Below, in pieces: positions 1 to 10,071 of a stretch of 42,748 nt of DNA. The notes under the pieces are model-generated. The model made no database searches and was not told the origin of the DNA. It saw only the letters and a list, made by a program, of their open reading frames with translations. Within the stretch, counting starts at the first letter, position 1; each line of letters begins with the position of its first letter. The translations under genes were made by a program, and so were the position numbers. Source of the DNA: Chthoniobacteraceae bacterium (GTDB lineage Bacteria; Verrucomicrobiota; Verrucomicrobiia; Chthoniobacterales; Chthoniobacteraceae); contig JAQTMF010000001.1 in NCBI GenBank assembly GCA_028714515.1, positions 1 to 42,748 on the forward strand, written 5' to 3'.

Positions 1-1604
1 TCACCACCCCCAAGCTCGTATTCTTGACAGAGCAAGCCGAGGTGCGCGCTAAGATCCGCCACCAGGGCTTCCCCGGCAAGACCGTCACCGCCAGCTTGAG
101 CGCCAATGGGAAAGTCGTCGACGAGCAAAAAATCACGCTTCCGGCCCAGGACGGCGAATCCGAGGTCACATTCCGCTTCGTGCCGCAGGAGATGGGCGAA
201 CTAAAGCTCGAAGCGTCGATCCCCGTTCTTCCCGAGGAAATCTCCAAAGAGAACAACACGGCCACCGACAAGCTGCGGGTGATCGACAGCAAAGTCCACG
301 TTCTCGTCATCGAGCAAGAGCCCCGCTGGGATTTCCGCTACCTGATCTCCTACTTGCAGCGCGACCGGCGGCTGGAAGTCCGCTGCGCCTTGATCGATGG
401 AGAGCCGGGGCTCGACAAAATCAAAGACTCCCCCTTTCTCCCGTCGCTGCCGGACGACCGGGAAACCTTCTTCAAGTCCGAAATCCTGATCCTTGGCGAC
501 GTCAACCCCTCCGCCCTTGGAACGACACGGATGAAGATCATCCACGACTGGGTGGAACAGGCGGGCGGCGGCATCATCTTTCACGCGGGCTCGAAATTCA
601 ACCCCACCTCCTACGCGGGCACCCCGCTGGAGCCTCTCTTGCCGGTCATCCCCGACACCTCGCTGCCCGCCGAGCAATATGGCAAGCGCTCCCTGGACTA
701 CTTTCCGCTCAAGCGCTCGCCCATGGGAGAAAACTCTCCCTACCTGAAGATGGCGGAAAATCCCGCCGACAATCAGCGGATCTGGAACGGATTTCCCGGC
801 GTCCGCTGGACGGCTTCCGTTTCGCGGGCGAAACCAGGCGCGGAAGTGCTCCTTGTGGACCCGCGCCCCGACCACGCCTCCCGCGACGGCGCGCGGCCGG
901 TCTTCGCCATCCAGGGATACGGCGCGGGCACCAGCGTCTACATCGGCACCGACGAAACCTACCGCTGGTACAGTCACAAAGGGGAGGCCTATTATTCCAT
1001 CTTCTGGGGGCAGATCATGGAATCCCTTTCGCTCCAGCGACTCCAGGGGGCGTCGTCCCTCACGCAACTCAAGACGGACCGGCAAAAATACTTCGTGGGC
1101 GACAAAGTGATTGTCTCGGGGCGAGTCTTCCAGCAGGGGTTCAAACCGCTGATCGCCCCGGCCCTCCAAGGCAACGCCAAAATCCTCGCCTCCTCCGGCG
1201 CGGGGCGAGGGGAGGAGAAACAAGTGCCCGTGACGCTTTCCCCGGTCGAAGGCCAAAAGGGGGAATACCGCGGCGAATTCACCGTCAACACACCGGGGGA
1301 ATACCGCTTTGCAACCACCCTCGATCCGAACGCCGTCCTGAAATTCGACGTGACGGAGCCGAACCTGGAAAAGCTCCAGACATCCCTGGACGAACAGGCG
1401 TTGAAATCCATGGCCCAAGCCGCCCGCAGCCGCCTCTTCCGGGAGGAGGACCTCGACGGCATTCCGAACCTCGTGGCTTCCAAAAGCGTGACGCTGCCGA
1501 TTTTCAAAAAGATCGAACTCTACTATTCGCCGTGGTGGCTGGCGGCCCTGGCGGCGTTCGCCTCACTGGAGTGGATATTACGGAGGATGACACATCTCAA
1601 GTGA
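1..1604 (+). CDS. 5'-truncated large envelope protein with a class-I glutamine-amidotransferase-like (ThuA/DUF1355-type) domain and C-terminal TM anchor; member of a Bat/MoxR-vWA-type operon
   Basis: The frame is open from nt 3 to the window edge, with no stop before the TTG at 24, so the gene probably starts upstream. Motifs: VHVLVIEQEPRWDFRYL, ILILGDV...GGGIIFHAG, QGYGAGTSVYIGTDETYRW. C-terminal hydrophobic segment WWLAALAAFASLEWIL. The stop lies 1 nt before the next ATG. Confidence 0.7.
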   Translation, partial: TTPKLVFLTEQAEVRAKIRHQGFPGKTVTASLSANGKVVDEQKITLPAQDGESEVTFRFVPQEMGELKLEASIPVLPEEISKENNTATDKLRVIDSKVHVLVIEQEPRWDFRYLISYLQRDRRLEVRCALIDGEPGLDKIKDSPFLPSLPDDRETFFKSEILILGDVNPSALGTTRMKIIHDWVEQAGGGIIFHAGSKFNPTSYAGTPLEPLLPVIPDTSLPAEQYGKRSLDYFPLKRSPMGENSPYLKMAENPADNQRIWNGFPGVRWTASVSRAKPGAEVLLVDPRPDHASRDGARPVFAIQGYGAGTSVYIGTDETYRWYSHKGEAYYSIFWGQIMESLSLQRLQGASSLTQLKTDRQKYFVGDKVIVSGRVFQQGFKPLIAPALQGNAKILASSGAGRGEEKQVPVTLSPVEGQKGEYRGEFTVNTPGEYRFATTLDPNAVLKFDVTEPNLEKLQTSLDEQALKSMAQAARSRLFREEDLDGIPNLVASKSVTLPIFKKIELYYSPWWLAALAAFASLEWILRRMTHLK

Positions 1605-1605
1605 T

Positions 1606-3351
1606 ATGAAGACGGGGTTGAAAAACACCAAAAAGGCATCCTTCCCGCTGCCGGAACTCCCGGCGGGCGTGCCGGTGCCGCTGCCGAGAGAGATCCTCGG
1701 CGGCCTGCGCCGCGTGAGGGCGCGCAAAGTGCGGGTGGAACTGGCGGAATGCCTCGCGTTGCTGGCGGCCGTGGTTCCCTCGTTGTGGCTTGCCCAGGGG
1801 CTTGCGGACTGGATTTTCAACCTCCCGTGGACGGTCCGCAGTTTCCTCCTGGCGGGAGACGCGGCCGGAGCGGCCTTCCTCGTCTATCGCTTCGCCTTCC
1901 TGCCCCTCACCAAGAGGCTCACCTCGCGAACGGCCGCGCTCCTGGTGGAGCGGGAGATCCCCTCCTTTCACAGCCTGCTGATATCGTCCGTCGAGCTCAG
2001 TTCGGGGAAACCCGGCTTCCCGCAAGGATCTCTCGACCTGGTCCGCGAAACCATCGCGCGGGCCGCCGCCCATCTGCGGAAGCTGAACGTTGCCCGCGAA
2101 GTCATCTCCACCGCCCGCCTGAAACGCTGGGCGAGAGGCGGGTTGCTGGGCGTCGTCTGTTTTTCCACCGTCTTTTTGGCGTTCCCCGTAAAATCCACCA
2201 TCCTCCTCCAGCGCATCCTGCTCTCCCGGGCGCCGCTCCCCACGAAGACCATCGTTGTCGCCGTGACAGAAGACCTCGCGGTGCACATCGGCTCCGACGT
2301 GGTTCTCTCCGCCAGCGCCAAGGGCGTCGTTCCCAAAAGCGGGCGCGCCTTCATCACCTACGCCAACAACAAGAAAGAGGTGATCCCCGCCGCGCCGGGG
2401 GCCGAGGACCCCGCTCTTTTCAGCGTCTCATTCAAAAACGTACAGGGCGCCTTTCGCTATCATTTTGTCCTCAACGACGGAACCGGTTCGGAATTCAACG
2501 TCAGGACATTGCAGCCCCCCACCATCGAATCCTGCCGGTTCGTGCAAAGCTATCCCAAGTATACGGGCATGAAACCGGCCGAAATGTCGCCCGGCGGCCT
2601 TTCGCTGCTCGCCGGAAGCCGCCTCCAGATCGAAGCCAGGACCACACAGCCCCTTCAAACAGCGGAACTGCAAATCGAAGGCAGCGGAAAGAAGATTCCC
2701 CTCGGCGTTTCCGGCCTGGATAAGCGCTCCATCAAAGGTGAACTGGCCGTTCCCAAGGAAGGGCTGACGGGATTCTCCCTGCTTCTCGTCAACACCGACG
2801 GCATCCCATCCGTTCAAAATACCGTCTACAGCGTCAACTTCCTCCCCGACACGCCGCCGGAGGTGGAATTGACCGCGCCAACCGCCGACATGCGCACCGT
2901 CTCCTTGCGCTCCCAGCCCGGTATCGCGTTCAACACGAAGGACGACTTTGGCATCCGGAAAGTCACGCTGCGCTACGAAACCACCCGCCCCGCCCCCGAA
3001 GGAGCCCCGCCCGCTTCCCCCGAAACCGGGAGCCTGGATCTGCCGCTCCCGCCGAGCGGCGCGGCGTGCAGACACCGTTACGTGTGGGATTTTGCGAAGC
3101 AAAGCCCGCCCCTCACCGTCGGGTGCAAAGTCGAATACTGGATCGAAGTCACCGATAACAACGACGTGACGGGCCCCGGCACGGGGCAAACCGGCAAGAA
3201 GTCGTTCACCGTCCTCTCCGAGGCCGAAAAGAAAACCGAACTGCTGGAAGCCCTGGGATCCAAGGCGGTCGACATCGAGACGATCTACAAATCGCAAAAG
3301 TCGGTAAACGAGGAACTGGACTCCACCATCCGCAAATACCAAAAGCCATGA
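1606..3351 (+). CDS. DUF4175-like membrane protein (two N-terminal TM segments, large extracytoplasmic domain)
   Basis: ATG lies 1 nt after the upstream stop. Hydrophobic segments LALLAAVVPSLWLAQGLADW and FLLAGDAAGAAFLVYRF. The stop overlaps the next start (ATGA at 3348-3351). The family name is from memory of PVC Bat-like operons, not a search. Confidence 0.65.
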   Translation: MKTGLKNTKKASFPLPELPAGVPVPLPREILGGLRRVRARKVRVELAECLALLAAVVPSLWLAQGLADWIFNLPWTVRSFLLAGDAAGAAFLVYRFAFLPLTKRLTSRTAALLVEREIPSFHSLLISSVELSSGKPGFPQGSLDLVRETIARAAAHLRKLNVAREVISTARLKRWARGGLLGVVCFSTVFLAFPVKSTILLQRILLSRAPLPTKTIVVAVTEDLAVHIGSDVVLSASAKGVVPKSGRAFITYANNKKEVIPAAPGAEDPALFSVSFKNVQGAFRYHFVLNDGTGSEFNVRTLQPPTIESCRFVQSYPKYTGMKPAEMSPGGLSLLAGSRLQIEARTTQPLQTAELQIEGSGKKIPLGVSGLDKRSIKGELAVPKEGLTGFSLLLVNTDGIPSVQNTVYSVNFLPDTPPEVELTAPTADMRTVSLRSQPGIAFNTKDDFGIRKVTLRYETTRPAPEGAPPASPETGSLDLPLPPSGAACRHRYVWDFAKQSPPLTVGCKVEYWIEVTDNNDVTGPGTGQTGKKSFTVLSEAEKKTELLEALGSKAVDIETIYKSQKSVNEELDSTIRKYQKP

Positions 3352-5609
3352 AAACCGTTCGGATATCCTTGGGAATCTCCCTGCCCATCCTCCTCGCGGG
3401 CACCCTGGCAACGCTGCTCCTCGGGGCGTCCGTGGGCAACGCACAGGACGACACGGCGCAGGCCGCGGCCTACCGCAACGGGATCGCGCAAGACGACCTC
3501 CGCAATGAAGCGGAGCGCGTGAAACAGGACCTGCTCGCGCTGCTCGAAGACTTCAAGGAAAGCCAGGCAACCCCCCAGGACCTCGCGGCCATCAACGCGG
3601 CGGTCACGAAAATCAACGACCTCAGCGAAAAGGACATGGGGGCCGTGGTCAAAATGCTGAAAAACGCGAGCGCGCTGGACGACAAATCGGCCCTGGCTCC
3701 GATGCTGGTGAACGCCAGCAAAGGCCAGAAATCCATCGAGAACCTCCTGAAGGCATTCTCCGACAACCTCTCTCTTCAACAGGCGGAATCGTCCCTTGCC
3801 CAGCGCATCGGCGGGCTTCTCCTGCGGCAAATCGTCAACTTGCACCAGTTCCAGGACAACATGGCCGAGGCCGAAGCCAAAAGCGCCAGGGCTGCGAAAC
3901 ACGCCTCGCAATCGCTCCTGCCCACCGTGGAACAAAATGCCATTCAGACGGAGCTGGAGCAGATCCTCGACACCCTGCAAAAAGTCGCCGCGACGCCGGA
4001 CAACAAAAAGAAAGCCGTTTACGCGCAAGCGCTGAAGGAAGCGGAAGACCATCAACTCAAAGAAGCCGCGGCCAGCGCGATCCACGGCCTGACATCCGCC
4101 AAACCGGAGGAAACAGTCCCGGCCCAGCGGAACGTGATCGGCGGGCTCCAGGCAGTGCTGCAAAAGCTCAGCGACGGACAGTCGATCCAGGAACGACTGA
4201 CCGCCATGGCCTTCCGCCTTACCGAACTGGCGATGGACCAGCGCAACCTCAAATCCTTCACCCTCTCCGCGGGCCGGGCTCCCGGGGCCGATCTCATCGA
4301 AAACCAGCGAAAGCTCTGCGACCAAGTGGAAGCCTTGTTGTTCGACCTCAGCGGCCTCAACCTCGACGCCTTCGCCCAGGGCAAGGGAGCCAAAAAGGCC
4401 ATGGACGAAGCGGACGCGGACTTGAGGGACGCGAAAGCGCACCCCACCCAGCAGATCGCCGATTTGCAGGAAAACGCCGCCGCATCCCTTCAAGCGGCGG
4501 CGGCCATCCTGGAAAAACAACGCGAAGCCCTGGCCAACAGCGCCCCGTTGGACCCGGCGAAAACATTGGCCCAACTCAAAGCCCTCGCCGACAAAATCGA
4601 CGATACCGCCGCCAAGGAAAAACAAATCGCGGCGAACCCCGGCAACCCTCAGAACCCTTCGCAACAAAAAAGCCTGGAGAACACGACCACGCAATTGCAG
4701 AAAGACGCCGTCTCCAGCAGTCCCGCCGCCGCGGCGTCCCTCGGCCACGCCGCCGGGGAAATGCAGAATGCGCAGAACCAGCAGCAAGGGCAGACATCCG
4801 CCCAAAAAGCGGTCGAGCATTTGACGGATGCCTCCAACCAAGTCAAACAGCAGATCACGGCGTTGACCGGCGCAACAGCCATCCAGCAAGCCCTGCAGGC
4901 GTTGATCGACCAGATCATGGCCGCCAAGGCAAAGACCGTGGAGGCCGCGAAATCCATCCAAACGGCGAAAGGCAATTTCACGGAAGGCGTCGCCCTGACA
5001 AACCAGGCCCAGAAAATGACCCAGGAGCTGAAGATCGCCGCCCTCAAAGCGACGCAGATCGTCCCCGACGAGGCGAAAAAAGCCCTCGCGCAAGCCTACG
5101 ACCACCTGGGACAATCCACCCTTGAAGCCGCACAGGTTCGCAAGGCCCAAGCGCTGTCCAGAAATCAGGACGCGCAACAAGACTTCGACGCGGCGATCCA
5201 GGCGCTGAAAAAGGCGGCGGAAAACGCCATAGCGGCAGCCATGCCCCAGGGCGCAAACGGCGGAGATCAAAGCGGGAGCCAACCCGGCAACCAAGCCGGA
5301 GCGCAAGGCGGCGCGCAACCCGGCAACCAAGCCGGAGGCAACGGGCCGGGGGCGGCAAGCGCTTCCGGGGGGAATGGGGCAACGGGACCAGGTTCCGGCG
5401 ATCAAACGGGTGCGGCCGGCGGTATTGGGAGCCAATTCATCCAAGGGTGGGGGGCGGAAGGCGGCCCGGCGCAAGTGGTCGAGGGCATCAAACCCAAAGA
5501 CCGGGATGTCTTGTTGCTCCTTCAAAAGGCGCAAGTGCCCCCTGAATACAACGTCATGCTCCAGCAATATTCCAAAAACCTTGCCAACGGCGAATCTCCC
5601 GACAACTAG
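3348..5609 (+). CDS. secreted Ala/Gln/Lys-rich coiled-coil protein with a Gly/Asn/Gln-rich low-complexity C-terminal region
   Basis: N-terminal signal-like segment ISLGISLPILLAGTLATLLLGASVGNAQ. Heptad-like helical composition throughout. ATGA overlap with the upstream gene. The antisense 900-aa ORF has the G/R/L/V composition typical of a shadow frame. Confidence 0.7.
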   Translation: MKTVRISLGISLPILLAGTLATLLLGASVGNAQDDTAQAAAYRNGIAQDDLRNEAERVKQDLLALLEDFKESQATPQDLAAINAAVTKINDLSEKDMGAVVKMLKNASALDDKSALAPMLVNASKGQKSIENLLKAFSDNLSLQQAESSLAQRIGGLLLRQIVNLHQFQDNMAEAEAKSARAAKHASQSLLPTVEQNAIQTELEQILDTLQKVAATPDNKKKAVYAQALKEAEDHQLKEAAASAIHGLTSAKPEETVPAQRNVIGGLQAVLQKLSDGQSIQERLTAMAFRLTELAMDQRNLKSFTLSAGRAPGADLIENQRKLCDQVEALLFDLSGLNLDAFAQGKGAKKAMDEADADLRDAKAHPTQQIADLQENAAASLQAAAAILEKQREALANSAPLDPAKTLAQLKALADKIDDTAAKEKQIAANPGNPQNPSQQKSLENTTTQLQKDAVSSSPAAAASLGHAAGEMQNAQNQQQGQTSAQKAVEHLTDASNQVKQQITALTGATAIQQALQALIDQIMAAKAKTVEAAKSIQTAKGNFTEGVALTNQAQKMTQELKIAALKATQIVPDEAKKALAQAYDHLGQSTLEAAQVRKAQALSRNQDAQQDFDAAIQALKKAAENAIAAAMPQGANGGDQSGSQPGNQAGAQGGAQPGNQAGGNGPGAASASGGNGATGPGSGDQTGAAGGIGSQFIQGWGAEGGPAQVVEGIKPKDRDVLLLLQKAQVPPEYNVMLQQYSKNLANGESPDN

Positions 5610-5618
5610 GCCACTTCG

Positions 5619-6419
5619 ATGAAACACTCTTCCTCCGTCGCGGGTGTCCTCACGCTTGCGGCCCTCCTTCACGCCAGCGGATGTACAGCCAGCGCCCAGA
5701 GCGCCTTTGGCACCCAGGAACGCAGCGAAGCCGCGCTCATCGGCACGTTCTACGACCTGAAGCAGACCCAGCAGCGGCAGGCCACGCGGGTCTCGCCCAA
5801 AGACTACCCCGTCATCGTCGAGGAGTTTATCAGCAACCGGTGGGACGAATCGGTGCTCAATCGCTATTTCCGTTCCGGCCGCTCCCTCTATACGACGCAA
5901 ATCTTCATTCCCGTCATGAACGCGGACAACGCGCCCAAGGCCTTCGAACTTGGCAACGTCGTCAAGCCGAGCGCCTGGATCGCCCATTACAAAGGGCAGG
6001 TCAGCCCGCCCGCCGACGGCATGTACCGCTTCATCGGCATGGCCGACGATCTGCTTGCCGTGGCCGTTGACGATCAGACGGTTCTCGTCGCCGCCTTGTT
6101 CCCCACGCCGTCATGGGCTCCCCCCGCCGACGCCGTGCAGCACCACAACTGCGTGGGCCAGCGGCCGTATGTGTATGGGAACTGGATCAACCTCAAAAAG
6201 AACCAGATCATCAACCTCGACATCATCGTCGGAGAGCGCCCCGGCGGCCAGTTCTGCGCCTTCCTGTGCTACGAGCGCCAGGGAGCGGCCTACCCGATGA
6301 AAGGCCAGTTCCCCATCCTGCCGCTCTTCCAACTTGCCCCCGTCGCGGTGCCGGCCCTTTCAACCAACCTTGCCCCGCCCGTATCGAAGGTCGGGGAGAC
6401 ATGGATCGGGAAGCAATAG
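5619..6419 (+). CDS. lipoprotein with PA14-like beta-sandwich domain
   Basis: Signal plus lipobox-like LLHASGC. The GMYRFIGMADDLLAVAVDDQTVL pattern resembles the PA14 core (G-Y-F ... DD ... vDg). Starts 9 nt after the upstream stop. Confidence 0.6.
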   Translation: MKHSSSVAGVLTLAALLHASGCTASAQSAFGTQERSEAALIGTFYDLKQTQQRQATRVSPKDYPVIVEEFISNRWDESVLNRYFRSGRSLYTTQIFIPVMNADNAPKAFELGNVVKPSAWIAHYKGQVSPPADGMYRFIGMADDLLAVAVDDQTVLVAALFPTPSWAPPADAVQHHNCVGQRPYVYGNWINLKKNQIINLDIIVGERPGGQFCAFLCYERQGAAYPMKGQFPILPLFQLAPVAVPALSTNLAPPVSKVGETWIGKQ

Positions 6420-6453
6420 CGCGGAGCGGAGGAGGGGAGCCCGGCCCACCGTC

Positions 6454-7467
6454 TTATTTTTTAGCGGGACCAGAGGCCCCTGAGGTCTTGATGAACTCGT
6501 CAACCAAAGCGCCGATTGCGCTTTGCGCCGCGGCTTTCGCTTTGGCCGGGTCGGCGGCGGCCGCTCCGTTTTTGGCTTCGGGAGATTCCGCGAGCGCGCG
6601 CTTCCAAAGGGGAGCGATCAACCCCGCGACGGCCGAGGGGCGGTCGTGGGCGATCTTGACCAGCGCCTGATATTGCTTCTGGCTTATCAAAACGAGACCC
6701 GCGTCGGGAACCTTCACCCCCTTGCCCACGGGGTTCTCCAGCCACGCCGTTTCGATCTTGGGAAGATCGGACGCGGGAACGCCCAGCGCGGCGATCACCG
6801 TTTTCGCCATGAGCATCTGCCCCGTCTTGTTGGGATGAACGCCATCCGCGAGCAGCCGTTTCCCCGGCGTCTCCCCCGCGGCGGGAGCCGTTTTGAGATA
6901 GTCCCGGAAGGTGGCGTTGACATCGGCCAGCACCAGGTTTTTCTCCTTGGCGTAAGCGCGCAGAAAATCGTTATAGCCAGCCAACTGCGCATTGGCCTCG
7001 TCATCGAGGTTTTCCCCCAGCGGCGTCGCCGTCAGGAGGACGACCTTCACCTGATGCGCCCCCGCCATTTCCACCATGGCCGTGACATTCTTTTTGTACG
7101 ACTCCAGATCGACGCCTCTTCCCTTCTTCTGCATCAGCACGTCATTCACCCCGCAACTCAGCGTCATCCAATGCGCGCCCGCGTTCAGCACCTGGACTTC
7201 CAGCCGGGAGCGCATGTTGGAGGACGTGTGGCCGGGAACGCCCGCGGGAATGGGGACCGCCTCGACCCCTTCCGCCTTGAGCGCGCCGATCACCAGATGA
7301 ATGTAGCCCTCGGGTTCGTTGCCTTGGGCGGTGATGGAGTCGCCCATGAACCCGATCTTTTGTCCGTTCTGAATGAGAAGGGCGGGGGCCGCCGTTAACC
7401 CGCCGGGCGAAACGAGAAAGAAGGCGACGGCTCCCAGAACGCGAAGATGACGGAGTGGATTCCTCAT
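6454..7467 (-). CDS. secreted SGNH/GDSL-family hydrolase with a C-terminal Ala/Lys-rich extension
   Basis: SGNH blocks GFMGDSIT (block I), GVNDV (block III) and DGVHPN (block V). I chose the ATG at 7467 (MRNPLRHLRVLGAVAFFLVSPGG, signal peptide) over the track start at 7650, whose 61-aa extension has no signal. Confidence 0.8.
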   Translation of the reverse strand: MRNPLRHLRVLGAVAFFLVSPGGLTAAPALLIQNGQKIGFMGDSITAQGNEPEGYIHLVIGALKAEGVEAVPIPAGVPGHTSSNMRSRLEVQVLNAGAHWMTLSCGVNDVLMQKKGRGVDLESYKKNVTAMVEMAGAHQVKVVLLTATPLGENLDDEANAQLAGYNDFLRAYAKEKNLVLADVNATFRDYLKTAPAAGETPGKRLLADGVHPNKTGQMLMAKTVIAALGVPASDLPKIETAWLENPVGKGVKVPDAGLVLISQKQYQALVKIAHDRPSAVAGLIAPLWKRALAESPEAKNGAAAADPAKAKAAAQSAIGALVDEFIKTSGASGPAKK

Positions 7468-7734
7468 TTGTTTTTTCAGGACTAAAATGTTTCGAAGTGT
7501 TCGGCGCCATTCAGAATCGCCGGGGAAAAACCGTTGAGCGAGAACAACGGCTTGCCGGAATTGGACATTCGCCATTCCGTTCGCGCCAAGGCAATATTCC
7601 GTGTGATCCCGGTGAGACGGGAGCGGGATTCCTGTCGCTGGAAAAAGCAACGGAAAGTGCGAATTGGATTTGCTCTTTCATTTGTCGCGGCCCGCGCGCG
7701 CCGGTAAACTTCATCTCAATCGATCCATTCCGCT

Positions 7735-10071
7735 TTGAAAACGCAAACCAACGATTATCTAGCCATCGAACCGTGGTCCATTACCGAGAAGGGATTCCAC
7801 CCGGATCGCTCGCGGGTTTCGGAATCCATTTTTTCCCTCGCCAACGAATTCATGGGAATCCGGGGACATTTCGACGAAGGCTTTGGCGGCAGCTCGCTGG
7901 TGGGCAGCTACTTTAACGGCGTTTTCGAGGAGACGCCGCACATCTACCCCAACCGGCTGGCCGGGTTCCCGGAGCGCAACCACTTCATGGTCAACGCCGT
8001 CAACTGGCTGTACACGCGGCTGGAAGTCAACGGCGAGACCCTGGATCTCGCGCGGTCGCGGGTGTCGGAATTCGTGCGCAAACTGGACCTGCGCACCGGC
8101 GTCATGACCCGCTCCTTCCTCTGGGAAGTGAAGGAGGGGAGCCGTCTGCGGGTCACTTTTACGCGGTTCCTGAGCATGGTCCAAAGCCGTCTGGGCTGCC
8201 AGCGAATCGAACTGGAGCCCCTCGATTTCTCCGGCTCCATCGCCGTGACGCTGGGCCTCGACTTCACGCCGCCCCACGAAAGCGCGGGGCGCAATTTCTG
8301 GAACGGCCTGCGCAAAGAGACGCGGGGCGGCGTCACCGCCATCCTCGCGGAAACAGAGGGGAGCGGCCAGAAAGTCTTCTCGGCGTTCCGCCATACCGCC
8401 AGTTCCCAGCCCTCCGGCGTCTCGGAAATCACCGGCGACCGCGGCGCAAAACTGGCGGGCGTGCGCCTCGAATTTCCGCTGACCCAAGGCGTCCCCCTGA
8501 CCCTCGAAAAGCTCGTCGCCCATGACATCGAGAAAGACCGCAACGCCGACGCCCAGGTGTTCTGGTGCCGGGCGCTGGAGCGCACGGGCGGATGGCTCGA
8601 GACCACCTTCGAGCGGGAACGGGCGCGGCAAGCGGCCTACTGGGAGGAAGTCTGGAAGCGGTTCGACATCTCCATCGACGGCGACCCCGCCAACGAACAG
8701 GGAACCCGCTACTGCATCTTCCAGATGCTCTCCACCTTCCACGGCGTCGATCCCCGGCTCAACATCGGCGCCAAGGGCCTTACCGGCGAAGTCTACGGCG
8801 GGCTCGCCTTTTGGGACACGGAAAGCTACTGCCTGCCCTTCTACCTTTTCACCAACCCCGCCGCGGCCCGGAACCTCCTCTGCTTCCGCTACAACACCCT
8901 GCCCCAGGCAAGAGAGCGGGCCCGTCAACTGGACTGCGAAGGCGCGCGGTACCCGATGACCACCATCGATGGCACGGAAGCCTGCGGCGTCTGGCACCAT
9001 GGAGACCTCGAAATCCACGTGCCAGCCGCCGTCGCCTATGGCATCTGGCACTACGTCCACATCACCGGGGACAAAACATTCCTCCACGAGCGCGGCCTCG
9101 AAATGCTGATCGAAATCAGCCGCTTCTACGCCTCGCACGGCGGCTGGAGCCCGAAGACCGGCGAGTTCGGCCTTTGGGGCGTCATGGGAGCCGACGAGTT
9201 CCACATGATGGTCCACAACAACGCCTACACCAACGCCATGGCCAAGAAGACGTTTGAGTGGACCCTCCAGGCAATCGCCGAAACAACGCTTTCCGCCCCC
9301 GAGCGCCTGGCCGCGGTCGCGGCAAAGGTAAACCTTCGAAAAGAGGAACCGGCCCGCTGGGAAGAGATGGCCCGCAAAATGCGCCTCCAGCGAAACCGGG
9401 ACACCGGGCTCATCGAACAGCACGACGGCTACTTCGACCTCCCCCACATCGACCTCAAAGCACTGCCGCCGGAGCGGAAGCCCGTGTGCGCGAAATTCCC
9501 GTATATCAAACGCTCCCGGCTCGACTGGATCAAACAGCCCGACGTTCTCCTGCTCATGTTCTTCTTCAGCAACGATTACTCCCTGGAAGAAAAGCGGGTG
9601 AACTTCGAATACTACGAGCCCCGGTGCGTGCACGAATCATCCCTCTCCCCCGGCATCCATTCCATCCTCGCCACGGAACTTGGCAAACACCGGATGGCCT
9701 TCGACTACGTCCAATACGCCTCCCGTCTCGACTTGGACGACTACAACGGCAACACCAGCCAGGGCCTGCACATGACGTCCATGGCGGCCGCCTGGATGAG
9801 CCTCGTCTACGGGTTCGGCGGAATGCGTTCCGACGGGGAGCGGCTCTCCTTCCGTCCCGCGATCCCGGCAAAGTGGAACAGCTATTCCTTCCGTATCGTC
9901 TACGGCGGAGCCCTGCTGGAAGTGCGGGTCGATCACCGCCAGGCGGCCTTCCGCGCCGTCGAGGGAGGGCCGGTCGAAATCGACGTCTTTGGAACGAAGC
10001 GGACCGTCGGGCGGGAAGGCCTTTCCGTTGAACTCCCCGCAGCCGCCGGAGTGGGCGCGCAAAACTCATGA
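7735..10071 (+). CDS. glycoside hydrolase family 65 disaccharide phosphorylase (maltose/kojibiose/trehalose phosphorylase family)
   Basis: N-terminal W-I-E..F......SIFSLANEFMGIRGHFDE pattern. Catalytic-region motif GEVYGGLAFWDTESYCLPFYLF. 778 aa. TTG start. The stop overlaps the beta-PGM start (ATGA). Confidence 0.9.
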   Translation: MKTQTNDYLAIEPWSITEKGFHPDRSRVSESIFSLANEFMGIRGHFDEGFGGSSLVGSYFNGVFEETPHIYPNRLAGFPERNHFMVNAVNWLYTRLEVNGETLDLARSRVSEFVRKLDLRTGVMTRSFLWEVKEGSRLRVTFTRFLSMVQSRLGCQRIELEPLDFSGSIAVTLGLDFTPPHESAGRNFWNGLRKETRGGVTAILAETEGSGQKVFSAFRHTASSQPSGVSEITGDRGAKLAGVRLEFPLTQGVPLTLEKLVAHDIEKDRNADAQVFWCRALERTGGWLETTFERERARQAAYWEEVWKRFDISIDGDPANEQGTRYCIFQMLSTFHGVDPRLNIGAKGLTGEVYGGLAFWDTESYCLPFYLFTNPAAARNLLCFRYNTLPQARERARQLDCEGARYPMTTIDGTEACGVWHHGDLEIHVPAAVAYGIWHYVHITGDKTFLHERGLEMLIEISRFYASHGGWSPKTGEFGLWGVMGADEFHMMVHNNAYTNAMAKKTFEWTLQAIAETTLSAPERLAAVAAKVNLRKEEPARWEEMARKMRLQRNRDTGLIEQHDGYFDLPHIDLKALPPERKPVCAKFPYIKRSRLDWIKQPDVLLLMFFFSNDYSLEEKRVNFEYYEPRCVHESSLSPGIHSILATELGKHRMAFDYVQYASRLDLDDYNGNTSQGLHMTSMAAAWMSLVYGFGGMRSDGERLSFRPAIPAKWNSYSFRIVYGGALLEVRVDHRQAAFRAVEGGPVEIDVFGTKRTVGREGLSVELPAAAGVGAQNS

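Noticed and set aside
3285-5987. 900-aa ORF on the minus strand, antisense to the coiled-coil gene
   Set aside because: Its composition (G/R/L/V/D-rich, no recognisable motifs, no signal) is typical of a stop-free shadow frame in GC-rich DNA. The plus-strand gene has a signal peptide and ATGA coupling to its neighbours.
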